A DNA stretch of 64,000 nucleotides from an uncultured delta proteobacterium (lineage in GTDB: Bacteria > Desulfobacterota > Syntrophia > Syntrophales > UBA5619). The position numbers and the translations under genes are program-made. Positions within the stretch are counted from its first letter, which is position 1. Each line of letters starts with the position of its first letter. Positions 50,295-59,347 of this stretch are shown here, piece by piece. The notes below the pieces were generated by a model that was given only the letters and a program-made list of their open reading frames with translations, did no database searches and was not told the DNA's origin. The DNA is taken from assembly GCA_963817385.1 (NCBI GenBank), contig CAWFOM010000010.1, forward strand, positions 315,344-379,343, read 5' to 3'.

Positions 50295-51427
50295 CCGGTT
50301 CCGCCGCGCATCCCACGTCCGCAGCCAAGTCCGCGCCGCCGGCGATAAAAACCATGGCGGCAAGACCCAACATCCGGGACCTTTCGCTCCCGGAGATCGA
50401 AGCCTTCATCACGAACATGGGCAAGGAGAAGTACCGCGCCCGGCAGATCATGAAGTGGCTCTACCAGGCGGGGGCGACCTCCTTCGCTCAGATGACCACC
50501 CTGGCCCGGGAGTTCCGCGCCCGGATGGAGGAACTCTTTCTCATCGCGGAGCCCTCGATCGATCTCGTCCAGCAATCGGCGGACTCCACGAAGAAGATCC
50601 TCTTTCGGCTCGCCGACGGCCTCGCCGTCGAGAGCGTCCTCATCCCGGGGAAGAACCACTGGACCGCCTGCATCTCCACCCAGGCGGGCTGCGCGATGGG
50701 TTGCAGCTTCTGCCTAACCGGCCGCCAGGGTCTCAAGCGGAACCTCCTCCCCTCCGAGATCACAGGCCAGATGACGATGCTCCGCCGCCACACCGCCGAG
50801 GGTCCGAACATCCTGAACATCGTCCTGATGGGGATGGGGGAGCCGCTGGCGAACTACGAAAACACCGTCAAGGCGATCCGGATACTCACCTCCGACTACG
50901 GTCTGGGCTTCTCCAACCGGAAGATCACCGTCTCGACCTGCGGCCTCGCCCCCCAGATCGTCCAGTTGGGGAAGGATATCTGCGTCAACCTCGCCATCTC
51001 GCTCAACGCCCCCGACGACCGGAGACGGAACGAACTGATGCCGGTCAACCGGAAGTATCCCCTGGCTACGCTGCTGGCGGCCTGCCGTGATTACCCGATG
51101 CCGGGACGACGGATGCTCACCTTCGAATATATCCTCATGGCAGGGATCAACGACGCCCCGGCGGATGCGGAGAAGCTGGCCCGCCTGCTCAAGGGGCTCC
51201 GGTGCAAGCTGAACCTCATTGCCTTCAACGAATTCCCCGGTTCGCCGTTCAAGACGCCCTCACCCGAAGCGGTCAGCACCTTTCAACAGGTTCTTCTCGA
51301 CCGCCACTACACGGCGATCCTCCGGGCGAGCCGCGGCCGGGACATTCTCGCCGCCTGCGGGCAGCTGAGCGGCCAGGACTCCCGGAAAACGGGGCCCGCC
51401 CCGGACAGCGGCAACCGCCGGCCGTGA
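50291..51427 (+). CDS. rlmN: 23S rRNA/tRNA (adenine-C2)-methyltransferase RlmN (radical SAM)
   Basis: YRARQIMKWLYQ, CAMGCSFCLTG, GMGEPLAN, CGQL. GTG 50291 follows AGGAGGAG. An alternative ATG lies at 50354. Confidence 0.9.
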   Translation: MTGSAAHPTSAAKSAPPAIKTMAARPNIRDLSLPEIEAFITNMGKEKYRARQIMKWLYQAGATSFAQMTTLAREFRARMEELFLIAEPSIDLVQQSADSTKKILFRLADGLAVESVLIPGKNHWTACISTQAGCAMGCSFCLTGRQGLKRNLLPSEITGQMTMLRRHTAEGPNILNIVLMGMGEPLANYENTVKAIRILTSDYGLGFSNRKITVSTCGLAPQIVQLGKDICVNLAISLNAPDDRRRNELMPVNRKYPLATLLAACRDYPMPGRRMLTFEYILMAGINDAPADAEKLARLLKGLRCKLNLIAFNEFPGSPFKTPSPEAVSTFQQVLLDRHYTAILRASRGRDILAACGQLSGQDSRKTGPAPDSGNRRP

Positions 51428-51474
51428 TCACCCCGGCCACATCTGCATAGTTGACCGTTCAGCTTTGAAGCTGG

Positions 51475-52113
51475 ATGCGCATCGGTAAAATAAAAGCTGT
51501 TCGGCGTGATTCACGCCCGTTCGGTAACAAGGCGGGACCGATGGGGTACCGGATTTTTTCTAACGGGTTGGTGCAACCGATGGTGAAGAAGGCAAAATGG
51601 GCGACGGCCAGGATTGTGTTCATCCTCGCAACATTGGCCAGTGTAGCTTCGGGCAATGTTCTGGGCTACCTCCTGGGACCCCTCTATTCCTGGTATTTTT
51701 TCAATGATCTTAAATTTTTCAAATACCGTCGGTATTTTTTCTCCATGCCCGTCTGCGCCTGGAGACTTCTCACCGAATGGATCCGGAACCCGGCTTACCG
51801 CAGCATGTTTGCCATTCCCCTCGCGTCGCCGCCCGTGACAGGCCCGGATCGATCCGTCGTCCGCGTCCGCACAGCCTGGCCTGAAAATGACGGCTCCTGC
51901 AACGGCTGCATACAATGCTGCACCAGGAGATCCTGTCCGCTGCTGGACACCGACCAGAATCGGTGCAGAAGCTACGGATCGTTCTTCTGGCGCTATTTCA
52001 ACTGCGGACGATACCCCGAAAACGCCGACCAGATCCGATACTATGAATGCCCGAAATGGGAAATGTCCAATGAGCAGCGGAGTCTTAGGGGAGTAAATGG
52101 GGATAGATTTTAG
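51475..52113 (+). CDS. YkgJ/UPF0153-type CxxCxxCC cysteine-cluster protein with N-terminal TM segment
   Basis: CNGCIQCC is an exact CxxCxxCC, followed by CPLLD...RC...NCGRYP. A hydrophobic segment RIVFILATLASVASGNVLGYLLG lies upstream. The start is uncertain. Confidence 0.5.
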   Translation: MRIGKIKAVRRDSRPFGNKAGPMGYRIFSNGLVQPMVKKAKWATARIVFILATLASVASGNVLGYLLGPLYSWYFFNDLKFFKYRRYFFSMPVCAWRLLTEWIRNPAYRSMFAIPLASPPVTGPDRSVVRVRTAWPENDGSCNGCIQCCTRRSCPLLDTDQNRCRSYGSFFWRYFNCGRYPENADQIRYYECPKWEMSNEQRSLRGVNGDRF

Positions 52114-52124
52114 GTTGGGTTCAT

Positions 52125-52298
52125 ATGGCTTATGAAGCGATCCAGGTTGAGTGCTACAGCGGTTATCGGGTCAATGAACGCCCTGCCGCTTTCACGTTCA
52201 GGGAACGTCGCCGGGATGTATTGGAAATCGTCGATCGCTGGTATGAAGGTGGCATTGATGCTTCCCGACCGGAAATAAGAGAATACTTTCCCCCTTGA
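52125..52298 (+). CDS. small hypothetical ORF, possibly truncated
   Basis: Hand translation: MAYEAIQVECYSGYRVNERPAAFTFRERRRDVLEIVDRWYEGGIDASRPEIREYFPP-stop, ending in a C5 run. The N-terminal pattern resembles a small conserved anaerobe protein family whose members are longer. That recollection is from memory and uncertain. Confidence 0.3.
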   Translation: MAYEAIQVECYSGYRVNERPAAFTFRERRRDVLEIVDRWYEGGIDASRPEIREYFPP

Positions 52299-52427
52299 CT
52301 TCATTACAATGAAAAAATACAGCACGCATATCTGGGGGAGTGACGTATTGGTGATCAAAAAACAAATGCCGGGTTGAGCGCAAAACACACTCACCCCGGC
52401 ACTTACATTCAGTCCATGATCAGGGGG

Positions 52428-52751
52428 TTATTTCATACTTTCTTTAAGATCTATCTGTTTCTTGAGTACCCGTTTATTGGTGCTTGGTGTTCCAGCATCT
52501 GCCCCACCACTCGCAGGGCACTCCACATCCACCATACGCCCTTTAATTCCCCTGCATGAACAAGATACTGATCCACCTTGAGGGGGTGTCTGCATGGATA
52601 TTCCGCGTTCTCCTTCAGCACATGCTTCAGAAGCTTTCGGAAGAGCCAGAGCCGGAGCAGACACAAAAAGTGTCCCTGTTATAAGGGATACTGCGGCAAC
52701 CAAAAGAATGGCTTTCGACGTGGTGTTGCATTTCATTTGAGTGATGCGCAT
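52428..52751 (-). CDS. hypothetical secreted Cys-containing small protein
   Basis: 107 aa. Signal peptide KAILLVAAVSLITGTLFVSAPALA. The mature part has five Cys (CAEGE, SCSC, VECP). AAGGAGGA RBS, and a TTGACA-17-TATCCT promoter upstream on the minus strand. Confidence 0.4.
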   Translation of the reverse strand: MRITQMKCNTTSKAILLVAAVSLITGTLFVSAPALALPKASEACAEGERGISMQTPPQGGSVSCSCRGIKGRMVDVECPASGGADAGTPSTNKRVLKKQIDLKESMK

Positions 52752-52810
52752 CGTTATTCCTCCTTTTCATGCTTGATTGAATTGATAAGAACTTACTTTT
52801 GCATGGATTG

Positions 52811-52839
52811 AGGATAGGGGAAAAAATCTTGTGTGTCAA
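52811..52839 (-). promoter_or_regulatory. sigma70-type promoter for the 52751 gene
   Basis: On the minus strand: TTGACA (52839-52834), 17 nt, TATCCT (52816-52811). Confidence 0.4.
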
Positions 52840-52850
52840 GGGGAATTATT

Positions 52851-52862
52851 ACAACCGGTTGT
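52851..52862. promoter_or_regulatory. perfect 12-nt palindrome ACAACCGGTTGT in the divergent control region
   Basis: Read directly. Lies between the two divergent promoters. Confidence 0.35.
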
Positions 52863-52893
52863 GTCGAGAAAGTTGTATTCACAGGCGATTCTC

Positions 52894-52924
52894 TTGACAG
52901 TATAACCACATTGTGGTAGATAAT
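52894..52924 (+). promoter_or_regulatory. sigma70-type promoter with an embedded 13-nt palindrome
   Basis: TTGACA (52894-52899), 17 nt, TAGATA (52917-52922). The spacer contains ACCACA-T-TGTGGT. Confidence 0.45.
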
Positions 52925-53187
52925 TATTCAGTTGCCAGGGATCTTTTTCGCCACCTTCTAACTTTTTCGGTCCGAGTTTTGAGCAACCCGATGGCGATGG
53001 TCGCGAGATGGTCTGAGGTTTATGACGGGCGGCGGTTCAGTCGTTGTTTTTCAAGAAAATATAGAGGGGTGAAGAATAAGGACCGGTGATGAACTCGACG
53101 GTGAAGATGAAGGGCCGCCGTATCGGGGACTGCAATTAGAGCATTTCTGAAAGATTTGATGTCTTTGCTGGCGGAGTGGGAATACAA

Positions 53188-53571
53188 ATGGATAAAGATG
53201 AGTTTTCAAGGATTCGTCGCCATTTGGGGAAAACTCAAAGCCAATTAGCACGGTTGTTAGGTACGTCTTCAAAAGCCATCCAGAGCTTCGAGCAGGGCTG
53301 GAGAAACGTTCCCGTACACACGGAACGCCAGTTGCTTCTACTTCTGGTCCTGAAGAGTTCTCTTGGCAAAAAGACCAAACCCTGTTGGGTGATACGTAAG
53401 TGCCCTCCCAAGAGAATGCAGGCCTGTCCTGCGAGGGAATTTAGAGCAGGACATATTTGCTGGTTTATCAACGGAACATTCTGCCATGGAGAGGTGCAGG
53501 AAAGCTGGCCCAAGAAAATGAAAATATGCCGCCGGTGCGAAGTATTCCGGTCCATGCTGCCTGACTTCTAA
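53188..53571 (+). CDS. XRE-type HTH regulator fused to a Cys-rich CW...CW domain
   Basis: LGKTQSQLARLLGTSSKAIQSFEQG is the HTH. The C-terminus PCWVIRKCPPKRMQACPAREFRAGHICWFINGTFCHGEVQ...KICRRCEVF matches my memory of the 'two-CW' sensor domain. Confidence 0.6.
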   Translation: MDKDEFSRIRRHLGKTQSQLARLLGTSSKAIQSFEQGWRNVPVHTERQLLLLLVLKSSLGKKTKPCWVIRKCPPKRMQACPAREFRAGHICWFINGTFCHGEVQESWPKKMKICRRCEVFRSMLPDF

Positions 53572-53678
53572 AAAAGCTTTCTGAGGATCCACACCCAAAA
53601 CTCTCCTGAATGATTCGAGCAATAGAGGCATAGGAACTTAAGTACGGATCAGGAACAGAAAAGAAAAGGAGACCCGCT

Positions 53679-54668
53679 ATGTTTATGTTTACCGCAGGCA
53701 ATCGCCTTTCACTCCGTCGAGTGCTCGTTTTGACCATTTTCGCCCTTACTCCGGCGGCTCCGCCACCTGAGGCATACGCCTTTACCTTATTGGCGCCAAA
53801 GGGCCAGAAGGCCTCCCTGGAATACACCATCGATATCAAGGGCAATGCGAGCGGCACGAATAACAATTACCAATCCCAGCAATGGTCGACGAGTCGCTCG
53901 CTCGTCGTCAGGGCCACGCTGATAGCGCAGCAGCCAAGCATCCAGGATCCGGGTGATCTTGGTGGACCCCATAGAGCCGCGAGCCCCCCGAAGAACGAGG
54001 CGTTCAAGCCCTCGCCCGAGATGGCGGCACTCGTGGCTAAATTGGAGAAGTGCGGCGATGATATGTCCTGTCGGATGCGGGTGACGCAGGAGATGAGGCA
54101 GGATCCAAAGGTCAAAGACGATATACAGACGTTAACGAAAGCGGGCGAGTCGTTGCGCAAGGGTTCGCCGCGCTATCAGATCTGGTTTGCCGACCGGAAG
54201 ACCCCGGCCACTGGAAAGATCAAGATGGAGGTACAGAGAGATCAGCTCTTCAAGACCGCGGTAGATGAACGAGAGACCTGTCGCGAAACCGCGGAGTTGA
54301 AGTTCGAAGATCTGATGCGTGGTGAGTGGCCCGCAACGATCAAGATCGACGCGCAGGCGGGGACCTACGCCGCGAACATCGGCCGCCTGGACAACACTTT
54401 CACGGCTAAGATTGATTGCGTTCGCCTCGACGGCAGGAAACGAAGCGAGCAGCACTCGACAAGCGGCAGAAAATTCCTCCCCGAGAAATATCAAAAAGGC
54501 ACACCCGACGAGATCCAAGTTCTTCGGGGCCGTCCGGAAGCCGCCCCGGACGGGGGGTGGCTTGCGCAGGACAAGAAGGTGCTCATCGGCCTCTATGGTA
54601 CACTGGTTGGCGACGTGCCCATGACCGCCGAAGTGAAGGTGCGCTGGTCGTTGATGCTGAAGAACTAA
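53679..54668 (+). CDS. hypothetical secreted protein, no recognisable domain
   Basis: 329 aa. RBS AAGGAGA. Signal peptide ending PEAYA. Hydrophilic mature protein with four Cys. Confidence 0.55.
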   Translation: MFMFTAGNRLSLRRVLVLTIFALTPAAPPPEAYAFTLLAPKGQKASLEYTIDIKGNASGTNNNYQSQQWSTSRSLVVRATLIAQQPSIQDPGDLGGPHRAASPPKNEAFKPSPEMAALVAKLEKCGDDMSCRMRVTQEMRQDPKVKDDIQTLTKAGESLRKGSPRYQIWFADRKTPATGKIKMEVQRDQLFKTAVDERETCRETAELKFEDLMRGEWPATIKIDAQAGTYAANIGRLDNTFTAKIDCVRLDGRKRSEQHSTSGRKFLPEKYQKGTPDEIQVLRGRPEAAPDGGWLAQDKKVLIGLYGTLVGDVPMTAEVKVRWSLMLKN

Positions 54669-54983
54669 GTCGGCTCTTCTGGAGTGCACCCTTTTAAATG
54701 GTATTCATTATCCGTTATCGACTGAACTTAGTAATCGCAGAAGTTAGGGAAAGTTGCCGCTTTCAGATGGCAATGATCACTCCTACGGCATCCCCGACAT
54801 ATCTCTTCCGCAATCTTCGGCAAAACACCCACATTTTTTGTCCTTTTCGTTGACACACAAGACCTTCTTGTTCTATGTCTCTTCACGAAAAAGAAATATC
54901 TTAACAGAATCAGATTGATTATTTTGGACGCGGGAACACCCCTGAGCCTGCCGGTACTGACGGAAAGGTATCCCCGATAAGCT

Positions 54984-55742
54984 ATGGATCTCACACAACT
55001 GATCATCATCTTCGGCGCCAGTTTGATCTGTAGCACCTTTGGAACACTGGTTGGCGGAAGTAGCCTGATCACAATCCCGCTTCTGATTCTGATGGGCCTT
55101 CCACCCCATACAGCCATCGGCACGGACAGATTGGGAACCACCGGGATCGGGCTGGCAGGCCTTTATTCTTTTCATCGCAAGGGGATGATGCGCTACCGTC
55201 TGGCCTTTATCGTCGGCATTCCTTGTCTTCTCGGAGGCTTCATCGGGGCTAACCTCGCACTTCAGATCAGCCCCGAACTCCTAAAGAAGTTCATCGTGGC
55301 ACTGACGGTTGTCCTGCTGATTGTTGTGGTGGCCAATCCGAGGTTGGGGGTTGTGGCGGTGGCAACGAAGCGTCCCCTAACCACCGGAAGATACATTTTA
55401 GGTGCCTTTTTGAGCCTCCTCGCGGGCATCTATGGCGGCTTTTACGGGGCCGGAATGGGGACGTTCATGTCCTACATCATGATCCTCGTTTTTTGTCAGA
55501 CCTTTCTGGAAAGCGCCGCCAATACGAAGGTTGCCGGGATCATGATGAGCGTTACTTCGGCGGCTACCTACGCCTATCACGGCGCCATCCATCTTCCTCT
55601 GGCCTTGGTCATGTTTGCCGGTTCCTGCATCGGCTCGTACATGAGCGCCCAATATTCCGACCGGATCGGAAACGTCTGGATCAAGCGAATCTTCATCGTG
55701 GTAGTCTTGATCATGGCGGTGAAGCTGCTGATGGATGCCTAG
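54984..55742 (+). CDS. TauE/SafE-family anion exporter (second copy)
   Basis: 252 aa, multi-TM. FGTLVGGSSLITIPLLILMG, GTDRL, GIYGGFYGAGMGTF. Confidence 0.8.
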   Translation: MDLTQLIIIFGASLICSTFGTLVGGSSLITIPLLILMGLPPHTAIGTDRLGTTGIGLAGLYSFHRKGMMRYRLAFIVGIPCLLGGFIGANLALQISPELLKKFIVALTVVLLIVVVANPRLGVVAVATKRPLTTGRYILGAFLSLLAGIYGGFYGAGMGTFMSYIMILVFCQTFLESAANTKVAGIMMSVTSAATYAYHGAIHLPLALVMFAGSCIGSYMSAQYSDRIGNVWIKRIFIVVVLIMAVKLLMDA

Positions 55743-55942
55743 GACTGCCCATATACCTCTCCGCAAAACTGGATAGGGCGATGAGGTGCATTTTACTCTG
55801 TACCGAATTTGCATCAGATTCAGAAGATCGATGTCGCATCTGCTTCCGGGAGATTTTCTCCCTTCATTCCACGAATGCGATATGATACTTTAACGGCTGT
55901 CTCAGCAGGCATTTAAGTCATTGTTGTCCCAGCGGGGGATCC

Positions 55943-56315
55943 ATGACGTATCGTCTCTTGGCGGATCTGGTGGTCATAATCCATGGCGGATTCGTCCTCT
56001 TCGCGGTCTTGGGCGGATTTCTCGTCCTCAGGCGGCGGTCGCTTGGCGTGGCTTCACGTCCCGGCCTTCTTGTGGGCGGGATTCATCGAGTTCACTGGCG
56101 GCATCTGCCCGCTAACGCCGCTGGAGAACATCCTCCGCGCCCTGGGAGGGGAAGAAGCTTACCGGGGCACATTCACCGACCGCTATCTGATGCCCCTCCT
56201 CTACCCGGACGAGCTCACCCAGGGGTACCAGATCCTCCTCGGAAGCCTTGTCCTGTTCCTCAATGCCGCGATCTATGCCGCCCTCTGGCAGCGGAGTCGA
56301 ACAAAAACCGGGTAG
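55943..56315 (+). pseudogene. DUF2784-like membrane protein, split by a 1-nt insertion near 56039
   Basis: MTYRLLADLVVIIHGGFVLFAVLGGFLVLRRR then the next frame gives RLAWLHVPAFLWAGFIEFTGGICPLTPLEN... Confidence 0.6.
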
Positions 56316-56347
56316 AGCTCTTGCAGAGCAGACCCCTGCCGGCGCAT

Positions 56348-56376
56348 TTGACATTTTCGGCCCGCTCGGCTATGGT
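56348..56376 (+). promoter_or_regulatory. sigma70-type promoter candidate
   Basis: TTGACA (56348-56353), 17 nt, TATGGT (56371-56376). Confidence 0.35.
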
Positions 56377-56517
56377 GTCCGCACATTTAAAGCTCTCCGC
56401 AGCAAGCTGCGGAAAATCTACGATCATTAAATGAACAATCTATCCGCTTTTTGTTCGCTTACCCCGCGGCTTGCCGCGGGGACTACGCTCACGGGCGGAT
56501 TCATGTAAGAGGCAGCC

Positions 56518-58104
56518 ATGACGCACCCCGAGCTTTTTGCCGCGATGAGCCGTCCGGAATTCTATCCCCACCGCCCGGAAGCGATCACGGTCGTTCAGAC
56601 ACACATATCCTTTATCTTCATCGCCGGAGAAGAAGTTTACAAGGTCAAGAAGGCCGTCGATTTCGGCTTTCTCGATTTCACGACCCTCGAAAAGCGGAAA
56701 TTCTACTGCGATGAGGAGCTCCGGCTGAACCGGAGACTGGCCCCGGAGGCCTATCTCGGCGTCGTCCCGATCGTCGAGGACACCGCCGGCCGGCTCGCGC
56801 TCGGCGGGAACGGTCGGATCGTCGAGTACGCCGTCCGAATGAAGAAGCTCCCCCAGGAGCGGATGCTCGGGCGACTCCTGGCCGAGGGAAAGGTCGAGCC
56901 CGCCGTCATGGATGCGATCGCCGGCAAACTCGCCGATTTCCACCGCCGGGCTGAAACGGGGGGGCGGATCGACGAGATCGGCGGCCTGGAGACGATCCGC
57001 CGGAACCACGAGGAGAATTTCGCCCAGACGGCGGACTACGTCGGCGTCACGATCCCAACGGGCCGTTACGCCTTCATCCGCGCCTATGTCAGGGATTTTC
57101 TGAACCGGCAGGAGTCCCTGTTCCACCGGCGCGTCGCCGAGCACCGGATCCGGGACTGTCACGGCGATCTCCATCTCGAGCACATCTGCGTCGACAACGG
57201 GATCACGATCTTCGACTGCATCGAATTCAACGAGCGGTTCCGCTTCGGGGACGTCGCCGCCGAGGTCGCCTTCCTCGCGATGGACCTTGACTACAACGGC
57301 TACGGCGCCTGGGGGGAGTCCTTCGCCGAGGCATACATCCGTCATGCAGAAGATCCGGATATCCGGCGGCTCCTCAATTTCTACCGCTGCTACTACGCCT
57401 ATGTCCGGGGGAAGGTCGTGGGTTTCCGGATCAAGGATCCGGCTATCGGGGAGAAGGAACGGGGAGAAGCGCGGGAAACGGCCGCCCGCTATTTTGATCT
57501 GGCCTACACCTACGCCGCCCGGCTGGAGCGTCCCGCCCTGATCCTGACGGCGGGCCTCATGGGGACGGGGAAGAGCGTCCTTGCCCGGGGCCTCGCGCCC
57601 TTGCTCGGCGCGGATGTGATCCGCACCGATCTGGTCAGGAAGGAACTCCTCGCCATCCGCCCTGCGGAGCGCCGCCCCGATCCCTTCGGCCAGGGGATCT
57701 ATTCCGACGAGATCTCCCGGCTGACCTATGACCGGGCGCTGGAGATCGCCGGCGCAGAACTCCAAAAGGGGCGATCGGTGATCATCGACGCCTCATACAA
57801 GAGGCGGGCGGAGCGTATCCGGGCTGCGGAGGCGGCAAAAAAATGGAATGCCGATTTTTTTCTCATCGAATGCGTCTGCCCGGAAGGGATCATCAAGGAG
57901 CGCCTCGATGCCCGGCAGGCGGACGGCACCGACCCCTCCGACGGCCGGTGGGAGATCTTTCTCGCCCAGAAGGCCGATTTCGACCCCATAACGGAGTTTC
58001 CGGCGGAAACGCACCTGGTCGTCGATACGGCACGGGATCCCGAGGAGTGCCTGGACGAGGCGCTTGGGAAGATCAGGGGGTTCGTCGCACCGGAGGCTTG
58101 TTAG
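56518..58104 (+). CDS. bifunctional aminoglycoside-phosphotransferase-like kinase / P-loop (AAA_33-type) kinase
   Basis: 528 aa. APH fold signature CHGDLHLEHI...DCIEFNERFRFGDV. The C-terminal domain has Walker A GLMGTGKS. Confidence 0.8.
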   Translation: MTHPELFAAMSRPEFYPHRPEAITVVQTHISFIFIAGEEVYKVKKAVDFGFLDFTTLEKRKFYCDEELRLNRRLAPEAYLGVVPIVEDTAGRLALGGNGRIVEYAVRMKKLPQERMLGRLLAEGKVEPAVMDAIAGKLADFHRRAETGGRIDEIGGLETIRRNHEENFAQTADYVGVTIPTGRYAFIRAYVRDFLNRQESLFHRRVAEHRIRDCHGDLHLEHICVDNGITIFDCIEFNERFRFGDVAAEVAFLAMDLDYNGYGAWGESFAEAYIRHAEDPDIRRLLNFYRCYYAYVRGKVVGFRIKDPAIGEKERGEARETAARYFDLAYTYAARLERPALILTAGLMGTGKSVLARGLAPLLGADVIRTDLVRKELLAIRPAERRPDPFGQGIYSDEISRLTYDRALEIAGAELQKGRSVIIDASYKRRAERIRAAEAAKKWNADFFLIECVCPEGIIKERLDARQADGTDPSDGRWEIFLAQKADFDPITEFPAETHLVVDTARDPEECLDEALGKIRGFVAPEAC

Positions 58105-58840
58105 AGATCTCAGGAGGCTGGACGGGGAAATCACTCTTCACTTCAGTCTTCTTTCCCGCCTCCGCCTCGGCGAGACGCCTTTTCGTTTCGATGAGGTAAT
58201 AGCTTACCTTGTAATCGAGGCCTACGTTCGCATATTCCCGCGCAACCTTCTCGAACCTCCGGAGCGCCGCCCGGTACTGCTTGATTTTGAAGTAAAATTC
58301 CCCCACGTAGAACTCCTGCTCGCCCAGGGTCTTTTTGCACTCCCGGATCATCTTCTCGGCCAGGAAGGCAAATTTGCTGCCGGGAAAGCGAGCCGTCAGC
58401 CGCTCGAACTCGCTGAGGGACTTAAACGCCTCGGACTGGTCGCGGTCGATCGTTGATATCTCGTTGAAGTGGCAAAGCCCGATCTGATACATCACATAGG
58501 GGAGGTTCTCGTTCGTCGGGTGGAGATTGAGAAATTCTCTGTAGGCGAGCTCGGCTTCGAGATAGTCCTTGGCGCTGAACGAGGAGTCGGCGATCCCCAG
58601 TTCCGCCATAATGGCGAACTTACTCAGGGGATACTCCTCCTTGAGTCGCTGGAAAACCTCCAGGGACTTTTTATAGCTTCCGTCCTGATAGTATGCCACC
58701 CCCTGCTGGTAGAGCCCATCCGGTGTGGCACGGGTCAAATCGATTTTCTTCGTCCACGGCCACGTGAAGGTGCAGCCGGAGAGCATCAGAACCAGGACCA
58801 TAAGCATCAATGGGATTCGTTTGCTGCGCACAGTTTTCAC
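58073..58840 (-). CDS. bamD: outer membrane protein assembly factor BamD
   Basis: Lipobox LSGC. TPR-like repeats (LYQQGVAYYQDGSYKKSLEVF, AELAYREFLNLHP, YVGEFYFKIKQYRAA). Confidence 0.85.
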   Translation of the reverse strand: MKTVRSKRIPLMLMVLVLMLSGCTFTWPWTKKIDLTRATPDGLYQQGVAYYQDGSYKKSLEVFQRLKEEYPLSKFAIMAELGIADSSFSAKDYLEAELAYREFLNLHPTNENLPYVMYQIGLCHFNEISTIDRDQSEAFKSLSEFERLTARFPGSKFAFLAEKMIRECKKTLGEQEFYVGEFYFKIKQYRAALRRFEKVAREYANVGLDYKVSYYLIETKRRLAEAEAGKKTEVKSDFPVQPPEISNKPPVRRTP

Positions 58841-58859
58841 CTTTCGGGCGCCCGGAAAA

Positions 58860-59189
58860 CTAGAGGGCCTTCTTGATGAACGCCTCCAGGCGTTCCATCG
58901 GCACCAGGCCGACGAGGGTATCGAAAACCTTCCCCTCCTTAAAGAGGAGCAGGGTCGGGATGCTCCTCACGCCATAAGACGCCGCCGTCTTGGGATTGTC
59001 GTCGATGTTGACCTTCGCCACCTTGAGCTTATCGTGGTACTGACCTGCAAGCGTCTCCACCAGAGGACCGATGGCTTTGCAGGGTCCGCACCAGGGCGCC
59101 CAGAAATCGACCAGGGCAGGCTTGTCCGCCTTGAGAATCTCCTCCGCAAAGCTCCCATCGCCGACGTGCGCTAAAAATTCTTCCGCCAT
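58860..59189 (-). CDS. trxA: thioredoxin
   Basis: 109 aa starting MAEEFLAHV after AGGAG. FWAPWCGPCK active site. Confidence 0.9.
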   Translation of the reverse strand: MAEEFLAHVGDGSFAEEILKADKPALVDFWAPWCGPCKAIGPLVETLAGQYHDKLKVAKVNIDDNPKTAASYGVRSIPTLLLFKEGKVFDTLVGLVPMERLEAFIKKAL

Positions 59190-59347
59190 ATACCTGTCTC
59201 CTTTCAATCTTTGTAAGGCACTATCGCATATCTCGGTAAATGATGTCAAGGCTGCCATTTTGACAGCCGCCGGCAATTCTGTTATACGCTGAAAGGCAAC
59301 CACCGCGCAAATACCGCTGCGTTGCGACGCGTTTTTAAGGAGAGCCG

